64,000 nucleotides of DNA from Camelus ferus (taxonomy: Eukaryota), in NCBI RefSeq assembly GCF_009834535.1, contig NC_045697.1, positions 50,594,001-50,658,000 of the forward strand. The letters run 5' to 3'. Within the stretch, counting starts at the first letter, position 1; each line of letters starts with the position of its first letter. The position numbers and the translations under genes were made by a program. This document shows, piece by piece, positions 53,455-64,000 of this stretch. Under the pieces are notes generated by a model. That model was not told the DNA's origin. It searched no databases and worked only from the letters and a program-made list of their open reading frames with translations.

Positions 53455-55115
53455 TAATTTTATAATAGCTTTATTAGGGTGTAACTGACATACAATATAC
53501 TGCATATACTTAACGTGTACAATTTGATGTTTTAATGTGTGTATATACCTGGGAAACCATCACCAAAATCAGGAAAATAAACATATCCATCACCCCCAAA
53601 AGTTTCCTGGTAATCCTTTTTTAATCTCACCATTCCATCTGTCCCTGCCATGTCCCCATACAACACTGATCTGCTTTCTGTTGCTATATATTAGTTTGTA
53701 TTATCATGAATTTTATAAAAATGGAATCATGCACTACATACTCCATTTTATCCAGCTACTTTGACTCAGCACAATTAAAATTCATTCATGTTGCTGCACA
53801 TATCAGTAGTGCATTTCTTTTCATTGCTGAGTAGCTTTCCATTGTAACGACATACCAAAATGTGTATATCCATTTAATGGTTGATGGATATTTATGTTGT
53901 TTCCAGTTTTTAGTCATGACAAACAAAGCTGCTATAAACATTCATGGGCAAGTCTTGTATGCACATGCGCTTTCATTTCTCTTGAGCAAATATCTAGGAA
54001 CAGAATGACTGGGTCATACGGTATGTTTAAATTTGTAAGAAACTGTCAATCTGTTTTCCAAAGTTGTATCATTTTACATTTCTGCAAGCAGTATACAAGA
54101 GTTCCAGTTGCTCCACATACTTGCCATCACTTGGTATGGTCAGTCTTTTAAATTTTGGACAATCTAGTGGCTATATGGCAGCATCTGACTGTACTTTTAA
54201 TTTGCATTCCCCAGATGAATAATGATGTTGAGCACTTTTTTTCATGTGCTTATACAGCATCTGCCTATCTTCTTTGGTGAATTGTGTGATTTGAGTTTTT
54301 GCCCTTTAATATTGAATTTTGAGAGTTCTTCATATATCCTTGATTCAAGTCCTTTATAAGATATGTGATTTGACATATTTCCATTCTATTAACTGTGTCT
54401 TTGGATGCTAAGTTCTCAATTTTGATGTATTTCAATTAATTTTCCTTTTATGGTTTATGCTTTTGGTATTGTGTATAAGAAATTTTTTGCTTAACTCAAG
54501 GTCACATTTTCTCCAATGTTTCCTTATAGAAGTTTTATGGGTTTAGGTTACACATTCAGTTTTGTGATTTAGTTCTATTCCTAGTTTGATGAGGCTTTGT
54601 ATCAGAATACTGTCAAATGCTTTTTCTGTGTCTATTAAGAAGATCATATAATCATATGCTTTTTTTGGTTTTAGTCTATTAATACGTTAAATTACATTGA
54701 TTAATTTTCAAATGTGAAACCAACCTTGCAGTCCTAGGATAAACTTCCCACCTATCATTTCCAGATATTTTGGATTTCATCAAAATTTTAAGACAAAATG
54801 TTTGTACCTATGTACATGAGAGGTACTTGTAGATTTCCTTTCTTGTACTGTCTCTGCATGCTTTTGGTGTCAGGGTGATGCTGCCCTCAGGGAATGTGCT
54901 AGGAAGTATTCCATCCCCTTCAGATTTCCAGAAGAGTTTGTGTAGAATTCGTATTATTTCTTCCCTAAATGTTTGGTAGACTTCACCTGTGAAGCCATCT
55001 GGTCCTGGAGCTTTCTGTGTTGTAAGGTTTAAAACTACAAATTAATTTTTTAATATAGAGGGCTCTTCAGGTTATTTATTATTTCTTGAGTGAGCTTTTG
55101 TAGTTTGCCTTTGTA
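53455..55115 (-). mobile_element. L1MB/MC-like 3' UTR plus ORF2 fragment
   Basis: tagctttattagggtgtaactgacataca...gagttccagttgctccacat...ttcacctgtgaagccatctggtcctgga. Confidence 0.9.
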
Positions 55116-56359
55116 CATTCTAGTAATTAGTATGTAATTACAATTATAGACTAAATCAAGTTAAGATAAAAATATATTCATTTTGAGTTTAAATTTTATT
55201 TTTCAGAACTAAGTAACAAACTTTTTCCACTATTTACTTTGAATTCCTGGTGCACATTTTTTAGTAATTCATTTAAGTAGAATTTTAATACTAAGAGAAC
55301 AAGGACTCTTACATTAACAAATACGAAGGGCTGCAGACACTGCAAATAATTCAAGCATGACTCATTTATAAGGCAGTAAAAATTACTTTCTAAAAATTTA
55401 TTGTCAGCAATATTCAGATAGGTAAAATACTCTACTATAGAAGCAAGTTTATCTGCTAATATACTAGAATTCACTCTTAAGAACATATATTTATATTTTA
55501 AACTATAAAGCCATCTGAGTTCTATGTTACATTTTATAGCATATGAATAGCAATACAGCTGCGCACACGTTTTATTAGCTGATTCTCTGTTAAACACAAT
55601 GACTTATTCATGGGCTACTGTGAAACTGGCAATCACTGAGCATAAGTATCCAGGATACCGATGCCCTAGACTACTACAGAGCTGTGTCAACCTGAGGATG
55701 GTGGAGGTAACAATGGCGTAAACTGATTCATCACTTCCATGAAGACAGTCTATCTACAGATGAAACTTGACTACACCTTCTGTGTTGGGGTCTGAGGTGA
55801 CAGGGCTTCCTTTACATCACAGCACTGACGTGCTAAGTCAGTTTGCTAATTACAGCTGAAATGGTAAAGCCTGGCCTCGCTGGTGTTTATGAGTAAACAC
55901 GCATAAGACTCCCATCCAATTATGTATACGGACTTAGAGCATTTTCAGTAGCAACTGGTCCATTCCACTGATTCCCTCAGTCACTGCAGAGCCTTGCAAC
56001 TCCGGCTCTGTGGGAGACGTGATATAAAGATAAATGAAGCAACTTGGGATTAGCGGAGGTCCAACAGGAGGATGCCTGTATCAGCTGATATGCTGGAAGG
56101 ACTGGTAAACACACACATTCATAGCTCACATAAAAGACTTTAGTGCATAAGGAGATGAGATTTTTTTTTCAACACACATATTGGTGAAAAATGTTAAGTA
56201 TCAGCAACAACCCAAATTTCCAGCCACAGAAGCATACAACTCCTAGGAATTCTCCCTGGCTCAAGTCTTGAATTCTGCCAATCCATTTTCCACACTGCAG
56301 CCAGAGTGATTTTCCAAATGGAATCATATCACTTCCCTCATTAAATCCACATGTCCAAT

Positions 56360-57190
56360 TTTTATTAATTTAATAAATACATATTGAAATCAACTATATG
56401 CCAGGCACTATTCTAGGCACCAGGAATATAAATAATATGGAACAAATGGGCCACTTTCATGAAAATTATATTCCAGTTAGAGAAGACATAAGCAAATTTT
56501 TTAAAAAAGCAAATATTTAACATATCATATGTATAAACTGAAAGAAAAGGCATACCTGGAGGCCAGAATTACCATGTTACATAGGTGGATTAAGGTGTCA
56601 CTTCTCTGATTAATCAGGTGGCATTGAAGGAAATGAAGGAATATGTTACGTGGTTATCTGGAGAAAAGAATTCTAGGCTAAATTAGGAAGTACACAGCAA
56701 GCATAAAAGACTTAAGGCAGGAGCATGCCTGGCATGTCTGATGAATAACAAGGAGGCCAGTGGCTGCAGTGGAAAGAACAAATGGACCAGAACAGGACAT
56801 GAAGTCAGAGAAGTAGTGTGACATCAGATCACACAGGGTTCGACAGGCCTTCAGAAGGACATTTGCTTTTATTGTGAGATAGAAAGCTGTCTAGAGATTT
56901 TGAGGAGTGCCATTTCCTAATTTAGTGATAACTGGTTAAAATGCGGAGGACATACTCAATGGAAGGAAGGGGGGAAGCAGGGACACCAGTTAAGAGGCTA
57001 GTGTGGTATCCCAGGCAAGGGATGATGGTGGCTTGGACAAGGCGGATAGCAGTGGAGGTGCTAAGTAGCCTGATTTAGAATCTATTTTGAGGCTGGGGCC
57101 ACTGGGAGATTAGGTGTAGGGTGTGAGAAAAAGAACACGAGTCAAATATGACTCCAAAATTTTTGACCTGAGAAACTGAAAAATGGGAGT
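56360..57190 (-). mobile_element. L2 3' region nested between plus-strand L2 pieces (about 56250-56345 and 57190-57420)
   Basis: caactatatgccaggcactattctaggcac...caggcaagggatgatggtggcttggac...tttttgacctgagaaactg. Confidence 0.85.
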
Positions 57191-57469
57191 TTTAACTCAA
57201 ATCCAAATGTCCTGTGGCTTACACACTCCTGCATGAGCTTTCTTCAGCCTCACTGTGCTCACCAAGTCCCACACTACACATAGCTAAATCTCAGCTTATC
57301 AACCGCACCAGGTTCTCATTCCTGAGAATTCACTTGTACTATTCCCTCGACTTGAAACGTTGTTCTTCCTTAATACCTGAGAGTATTTTGCACATTGTAT
57401 ATGTTTATTAAATATCTGTGGAATTCTCAGACTTAAATTTTTATTATAATTTGCACAATTTGTATTTTT

Positions 57470-58610
57470 TACTATGCAGCCACTGAAAATAATTAACTAT
57501 AAAAACATCAATATATGAAAATGTTCATTGTATAAAATTAAGTGAAGAAATTAAATGAAAGATTGTAGGTTCATAATTATAACTGTTAAAATGTGAATGC
57601 ATATGACTAAAGATTAAAAGGGAATACATAAAATAAAATGGTGAAATAGGTAGTATTCTGGATATTTATCTTTCTATCTTAAAATATTTTAAATGTTATC
57701 AAATAGATCTTGAATTATATTAAATGAGTAGATGCAAAACATAAAACACATGAAAAGAAAACAATTATAGTAAAATTAAAAACCTTGTCATCCAGTTTAA
57801 GAAAAATAGTATCATCATCACTGAAATTGTCTATATAACCCTCCCCTACCAAAAACTTTTTCCTTTCTCATAGAGTTAAATATGATCCTGAAATTTTGGT
57901 TTATAATTCCATTGTTCTTTTTTACCATTTAACCTAATGTTTCTATCTCTAAACATTAAAAATATAATATACATTATTATTATAATAATATACACCGTAT
58001 ATACTATGTGTGATAATTTATAATATACATGATCTACATGACATCTATCACATTTATATATGTATATAATATGAAATATGAGAATATTTCACTAACGTTT
58101 ACACCCAGGAATAGAATTGCGGGATTATAAGATCATTTATGTATGTTCAATTTATGCCATCTTGTTTTCCAAAGTGATTGCACTAGTTCACAAGTCCACC
58201 AGTAGTATTTAAGAATTTCTATTGCTCTACTTCCTTGATTTTGTCAAAGCTTTTAATTTAACCAATTAGTTAATGGAATTTTGTTGTGATTTTAATATGC
58301 ATTTCCCTGATCACTACAGGTTGGGTATCTTATAGGTTTAATGGCCATTTGGCATTCCTCTTGATGGAATGCCTGTTCATCTCTTGACCATTTTTCTAAT
58401 GAATTATTAGCCCATGCCTAATTTGAAGTAGTTATTTATGCATTCTGAATATTAATCTTATATTAGTTATATCTGTGTATCAAGTATCATAGTATGTGGC
58501 TTGTCTTTTCATTTATTAAATGGTTACTTTTGATGAGTTCTTGATTTTAATGTGAAACTCAACCATCTTTGCCTCTAGTGTCCACTTTTTGTCTCTTAAG
58601 AAAATCTCCA
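57470..58610. mobile_element. L1ME-like fragments (plus about 57470-57710, minus about 57720-58610)
   Basis: tactatgcagccactgaaaa; acacccaggaatagaattgc; ttttaatatgcatttccctgatcact. Confidence 0.65.
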
Positions 58611-59366
58611 CCATTTCTGACACAATTTCTTTTACAGAACACAACAGGACTCAGTTAAGACAGACTGGCTAAGGAATTGTCAGGAACTTTCTGAGATTCT
58701 GTATAGGCTAGACCTAAAAATCCCACAGGGTTTAATTAAAATATCTATAAAGAGCTTCTGCTGAGCCTTGATTAGGAATCTCTGATTTATGCCCCCATTA
58801 CTCTCAAAGCAGGAATCCCCACTCTAGTATTCCTGATAGGGGGTCAGCTACTTTCCATATAAGGAAACCTGTGAAGCATATGTGCTAGAAACTGGTCATA
58901 GGACTCTTTATCCATAATAATGTGCAAATAAGCTAGAATCTACCAAATAAAGTATAAATTGATAACAAATTAACAAATATTGTACATATAAACAGTTTTG
59001 TAACTTAATTAAAAAACTTTTGTGAAGTTTATATTGAATACAAAAAAAATTTCATCACAGCAGAATGTATTCTCTTTATTCCCTACATCAGATTTTAGAA
59101 ATGTATTTAAAAATCTATTTTGTAAATGAGTCCAAAAGACCTAAAAGCGTTGCATTTTATTCAAAATTTGTTGAAAATTGTTAATCAATATATTAAAAAA
59201 AAATAGACCAAGGCAGATGGGACTTCAGATTTGAAACTTTTAGTGAGTTGCAATCACTGAAATCAAAGCTTACAAACAGAAATGTTTCCCTTCAAAAGCA
59301 AGGGAAACACTGAACTAATTAAACAATGATGGCTCAAATAATATACAAGCGATTTTGAAATTCTAT

Positions 59367-60306
59367 TGTTGTGTGTTGAATTGTGACCCTAAGAAGGTAT
59401 GTTCAAATCCTAATCTCTGGTATCTGTGAACTTTTCTGGAAATAAAGTATTTGCAGATGTAATTAAGATGGAGGATGAAGTCATACCGGCGTGGACCATT
59501 AATCCAGCATGACTGCCGTCCTTGTAGGAAGAGAAGACACAGGCAAGAGAGCCATATGACCACAGAGGCAGGGGTGGAGTCCCACAGTTATAGACAAGGA
59601 AAACCAAGGACTGCCAGCAACAACAGGCTAGAAAAGCATGGTCCTGCCAATACGCTGGTTTCAGATTTCTAGCCTCCATAAATGTGAGGATACATTTTTT
59701 GTTGTTTTAAGCTGATGGGGTTCAGGGCAAGTTGCCCCAAGATGTGCCACACACATTATTTCATGCTGAAACAAGCAAGGGCCAAAAGACTCAGGAATAA
59801 TGTTTGAAATTCCTCCTAAATGCCTAAGAGAATTTAAGATAGGAGGCCTGGTTCAGGAAGGTGCTGTCACCACAGATAACCATGGTACAACCACAGATAA
59901 ACATAGTAGAGTATGAACTAGGTGTGGTAGACAAGGAGGAAGCTGGCAAGACCCATTTGATCAAAGTCTTTTCTGTGTCCCACTGTCTCTAGATGACCCA
60001 GCAAACATTTAACAAACAGTAACTCTTCACCTTCCTTACTTCTCTTTTCCCAGACCCTTACCTTCTTCTCCTTAGTCTAGAATAACATACAAACCTCATC
60101 TTGCCTTACTGTCTTAGGAATTCTCCATGTTTATGTGAATTTCCCATACGTACATAATAACCTTGATTTTCTCCTGTTCATCTGTCTTATGTCATTTTAA
60201 TTACCAGCTCAAGGAACTGAGAGACAAAAGAGGGGAATATCGTCTCCTCCACAAAGCCATCTAGTTTGCGGTACTTTGTTTATGGTAGACTTAGTAAACA
60301 AATACA
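59367..60306 (+). mobile_element. MLT1 (B/C-like) MaLR solo LTR interrupted by an ERV1 LTR
   Basis: tgttgtgtgttgaattgtg...tgttttaagc|catctagtttgcggtactttg...aaataca. 5-bp TSD TCTAT/TCTAC. Confidence 0.88.
59713..60253 (+). mobile_element. ERV1 solo LTR (MER34/MER39-like) nested in MLT1
   Basis: tgatggggttcagggcaagttgccccaagatgtgcc...ctcctccaca with a perfect TSD AAGC. Confidence 0.88.
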
Positions 60307-60812
60307 TCTACAATCCAATTTAAAATGTTCTAATTGTGGGAAGAGCTTTTGATAAAGTTCCTATTTTTCACTGAATAAATTTATAGTTTGTAATTTAATG
60401 GAATACAACTGAGAAGACCTATCATTTACTGCATCTATAAATAATAAAATATTTTAAATCATAAATAGGCACAACTTATTTGATAACTTTTATCTTAAGT
60501 ATTTGTCAAAGAAAGGTACTTTGAAAGAAGACATGCAGATAGCACCTGTGAAAATTACTTAGGTTGAAATATCTTCACATTCAATATTTTAAAAACTAGA
60601 ATTGAGACTATGTTCCCTTTAGCAGTTTGTTCTGCGTTTACCAGGTGCTTTAGCATCTGCAGAGACAGTATTTTTAAAACCATAAAAATACTACTGTCTA
60701 AAGAAAAGAGTAATTAAGAAAACTGCAGCAAATTTAACTTCTTTTTTTTTTTCAGAAAAGTATCAGAAACTAGGTGTTAAAGGAAGATATGGCTAAGAAA
60801 CTGATTCAAGTT

Positions 60813-61021
60813 TGGTTGACCCCTGAGCAAAATGTGTTTGCACTGCGTAGGTCCACTTGTTCTTAGATCTTTTTCACTAAAAAGGTACCACAGTGCTACA
60901 TGATTCCCAGTTGGTTGAATCTGAGGATGCAGAACTGCAAATACAGAGGGCCAACTGTGAAGGTTTCTGACTGTGTGGAGGGTCAGCATCCCTAACCTCT
61001 GCATTGTTCAAGAGTCAACTG
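60813..61021. mobile_element. Tigger2-derived MITE, opposite orientation to the copy at 27067
   Basis: ggttgacccctgagcaa...ttgttcaagagtcaactg TIRs. Confidence 0.85.
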
Positions 61022-61594
61022 CATGGGAATGTGCACCAAGAATGTGTCACATGTTAAAAGTTAATATTTGCTTAGTTAACACAAACATTTAAGGGTATTA
61101 ATAAAAATTAAGATAAAAAACTTAAACTGTCTTAATGTATAAGGATGTAAATTACCTTTTAAAAATGTTAACTTTGAAAATAGTTTTGAATAGAATTATT
61201 TTATAGGTTGCCTAATATAAATCAATAAATGTTCTAAATATGTAACTTTCATCACTTTTTACTCTTAAAAATTTGCTGGTTTCATCAAAAAATTATATAG
61301 TCACATTGCCATTAATACACATCAAAAGTGAAGTCAATTTGACCCCTTAGATAGCTTTCATACAAGGCACCCTGTCATTACTTGCTCAGGTGACATTTCC
61401 TAAAAAGGCAGAAATGTTGCAAGTCACCCCCAGAGAAGGCAGGACTTCTCTTTAGCACTTTATTCTCTTTCAGTACTTTATTCTCACCCCATTGCTAGGC
61501 TAGCACTAAGTGTGACTTCATTAGGAGGCAATAAATCAGAGTGGAAGGCGGATGGGAGGAGGTTAGTAGGGCAACACAATTCAGTACAAATTAC

Positions 61595-61785
61595 TCACCC
61601 AAAGCCAGAAGTCCTGAGTCCCAGCCCTGGTTCACCCTTAGTAGCTATAATGAAATTGGACAAGTCACTTAACTGCTCTCAAAGGCTTGCAATTTCCTCA
61701 TCTATACAATGGGAATGTTCTCTGTTGACCTTACATAAGAGAATTTGGCTAAGAGTTGATTGGCTGATTTGTAAAAATGGCTCTC
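61595..61785 (+). mobile_element. MIR
   Basis: gtcctgagtcccagccctgg...ttggacaagtcacttaac...tttcctcatctatacaatggg. Confidence 0.75.
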
Positions 61786-62604
61786 TCTCCTAGTTTCTGT
61801 TAAGTAACAGATGGACACCTGTTCAGAGAACCAAAAGTAATTATGGCACCAGAAAGCCATCAGCATTTAGCGCTGTTTCTAAGAGCTTGATTACTTACCT
61901 ATACTTTCCAGAAAATAAATTGTAACCATCCTAATCTATGGTTACTAAAACTAAATGAAGTGTTTAATTAACTAAAGCAAAGCAGTAAACAGGAGAGAAA
62001 AAAATCAGGACCTTCCTGTGTATCAAAACATTCCTTTACAAAATAGTAAAGTAACAGCAAATAAAATCTACCCAAGATCAAGAGTGTATCTAATTTGTAT
62101 ACTTGACATTTTGCTTCTGCATCTACGTTTTAATCTCACTTTCAACCACAACTTTAATTAGAGCTGCAGTAAATGGTTTTATGATCTACAAAGATGAAAA
62201 AGCCTAATACAATCATGAGCAATTTAAACATCTCTGCAGGTCTTAACAGTTTCATTGATATGAAATCCAAAGGAACCAGGGTAAAACTACACGTGGAATA
62301 AAACCAATCACTAGTACTAGGGAGCCTTTTGAAGTAAGTGAATGTTTTTAAAGTAAAAGAATACTTAGGAAGGTTAAGTTTAAGGCCTTTTAAAAACATT
62401 CATTTCATATCCTAAATACTATCTTACACTGTGAAGTAATTTTATCAGGAATTATACTTCTGCAAACCAATACAATGTAAAGCAAGTTCTTTTCATTAAG
62501 TATGACTGATATTCAGTTTTGTAACTTAACTCTTCCAGGGCCCTAACTTGTAACTTGGAACATCAGTAGCTACCTAAACACACATACTTTTTCAGAAAAA
62601 TCTT

Positions 62605-63025
62605 AGATGCTAAGCTTTATACCATAAGAATCCTTGGCAGTCTGTTGAACCCTATGGACACCTTCTCAGAACAATCTTTTTAAATGTTTAATATAGGATA
62701 TACAGGTTTACAAGGAAGCCAGTTTTATTGAAATACTGTTATCAAACATTTTTTTAAAAGCATTAAATAAAAGGATCTAGTAGCAAGTCTAATAACTACC
62801 ATAATACCAGAGTAGTGGTGAGTGTGTATGTTTTGAGATCTCTGCCTCAACTCTGTGATATTAAAATATCTGTATTTTTACTGGAAACCTCACAAGTACT
62901 GCTAATACTACTGTGGTGTGTTGCCAACATTCATAATTGAAGAAAATGCTAAATTTATCATAGGTTAGTGACCTGCCATCTAAGTTTAAGGAGGTCTAAA
63001 TTCTTCTCATGCAGTCCCAGGTTAC
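62605..63025. mobile_element. hAT-Charlie element (Charlie4a-like)
   Basis: ccttggcagtctgttgaaccctatggacaccttctcagaacaatctttttaaatg...ccaggtta. Confidence 0.7.
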
Positions 63026-63164
63026 CTGGCGGTGAGGGAATCTGACAGTATTTAATATCTATATGCAAAATTAGTTTTCTTGACTCACAGGAGTTCTATG
63101 AGATTTAATAAATGTTTTGAAAAAGAGGAAAAGCAACAGTGAGATATGACAACAATTATAAATT

Positions 63165-63400
63165 GCATATAGAGTAAAGCACTGGGTTGCGTGCAGCTTC
63201 ATATCCTGTCGTCACTATTTCTTGTGTTATCTTGGACAAGTTATTTAATTTCTCTATGTCTCAACCTGTTCTCAATCTGTTAATTGGGAATAGTAACAGT
63301 GTCTACTTCCTTCAGTTGTTGTAAGGACAAAGGACATACTGTATGTGAAAAATCCCATCAAAGTGCTTAACACAGAGTAAGGGATCATTAAATATTAAGA
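63165..63400 (+). mobile_element. MIR
   Basis: tcttggacaagttatttaatttctctatgtctca...gttgttgtaagga...gtgcttaacacagagtaag. Confidence 0.75.
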
Positions 63401-64000
63401 ATTTTTCAACAACACAACTGGATTACTTAAAGGCAAGATGATATTCATTGCAAAGTTAATGATAAACAGCCAAGGGGGTGGGGCGGAAACATTTGTTTTA
63501 AACTATAATATGCCCCCACTTTAGAATTATGAATCTTTGAATAGTCTCTTAGCTCTAGGCATACCCTTTAATAAAAGTAATTATAGAAACTTATATAGAA
63601 AGTGAACAAACCTGGTTGGTATGACGTTGACAAGAACATGACCTGAATCTCAGAGTAAATTATTTCATGTTTCAAGGACTAGACATTAAACAACAGCAAG
63701 ATGGTTATGTAAGTTATGGCCAATTGACTTAATATAGATGATGCAGCTAATAAAATGTTAGCAAAAACAATGGCAACACAGAAATGGTGAAACATTTAGG
63801 TTTGAAATCTAAAATGAAATAAGAACTGCTTGGAAATCAAAAATTGTAACCAGCTAGCTATCATATCTCATTCTCTTTAGAACATGTAAGGCATTACAAT
63901 AGGAAAACCACTCTATAATATTGCCAACAAAATAAAACATGATTTTAAGAAACTGCCTTTGCTAGTCATTGGGACTAACTCTATCTTGGCTGAAATCAGG

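Noticed and set aside
53760..53772. TGACTCAGCA motif
   Set aside because: It is one substitution from ordinary L1 3' UTR text (ttcactcagca) inside an L1, so likely chance.
51763..64000. Search for exon 1 and the CpG-island promoter
   Set aside because: No CpG island or presequence-coding exon; it presumably lies beyond the right edge.

Overview
Mammalian genomic DNA, AT-rich and about half transposon-derived. It is most likely camelid (alpaca/camel), judging by a camelid-type tRNA-derived SINE, cetartiodactyl-type L1 ends and no recognisable BovB/Bov-tA/PRE1. The whole window lies inside MTHFD2L (mitochondrial methylenetetrahydrofolate dehydrogenase/cyclohydrolase 2-like) on the minus strand. 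Five internal coding exons (185, 123, 153, 108 and 93 bp, all GT-AG) splice into one open frame. The first coding exon and the last two are not in the window. The introns hold L1, L2, MIR, MLT1, Tigger and Charlie elements plus seven ERV1-type solo LTRs, most with readable 4-bp TSDs. I see no evidence of a wholly new biological system. The best leads are: (1) an in-frame candidate alternative terminal or poison exon 1 kb after exon 6; (2) a GC/CpG-shifted patch in exon 2 that changes the YxxxK motif to YVRRK; (3) a tail-less, 3'-truncated L1 with a 12-bp TSD; (4) a sense-oriented LTR poly(A) signal; (5) CTCF and ARE/ATF4 motifs. Repeat family names and the human protein comparison are from memory. 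Boundaries of old repeats are approximate.
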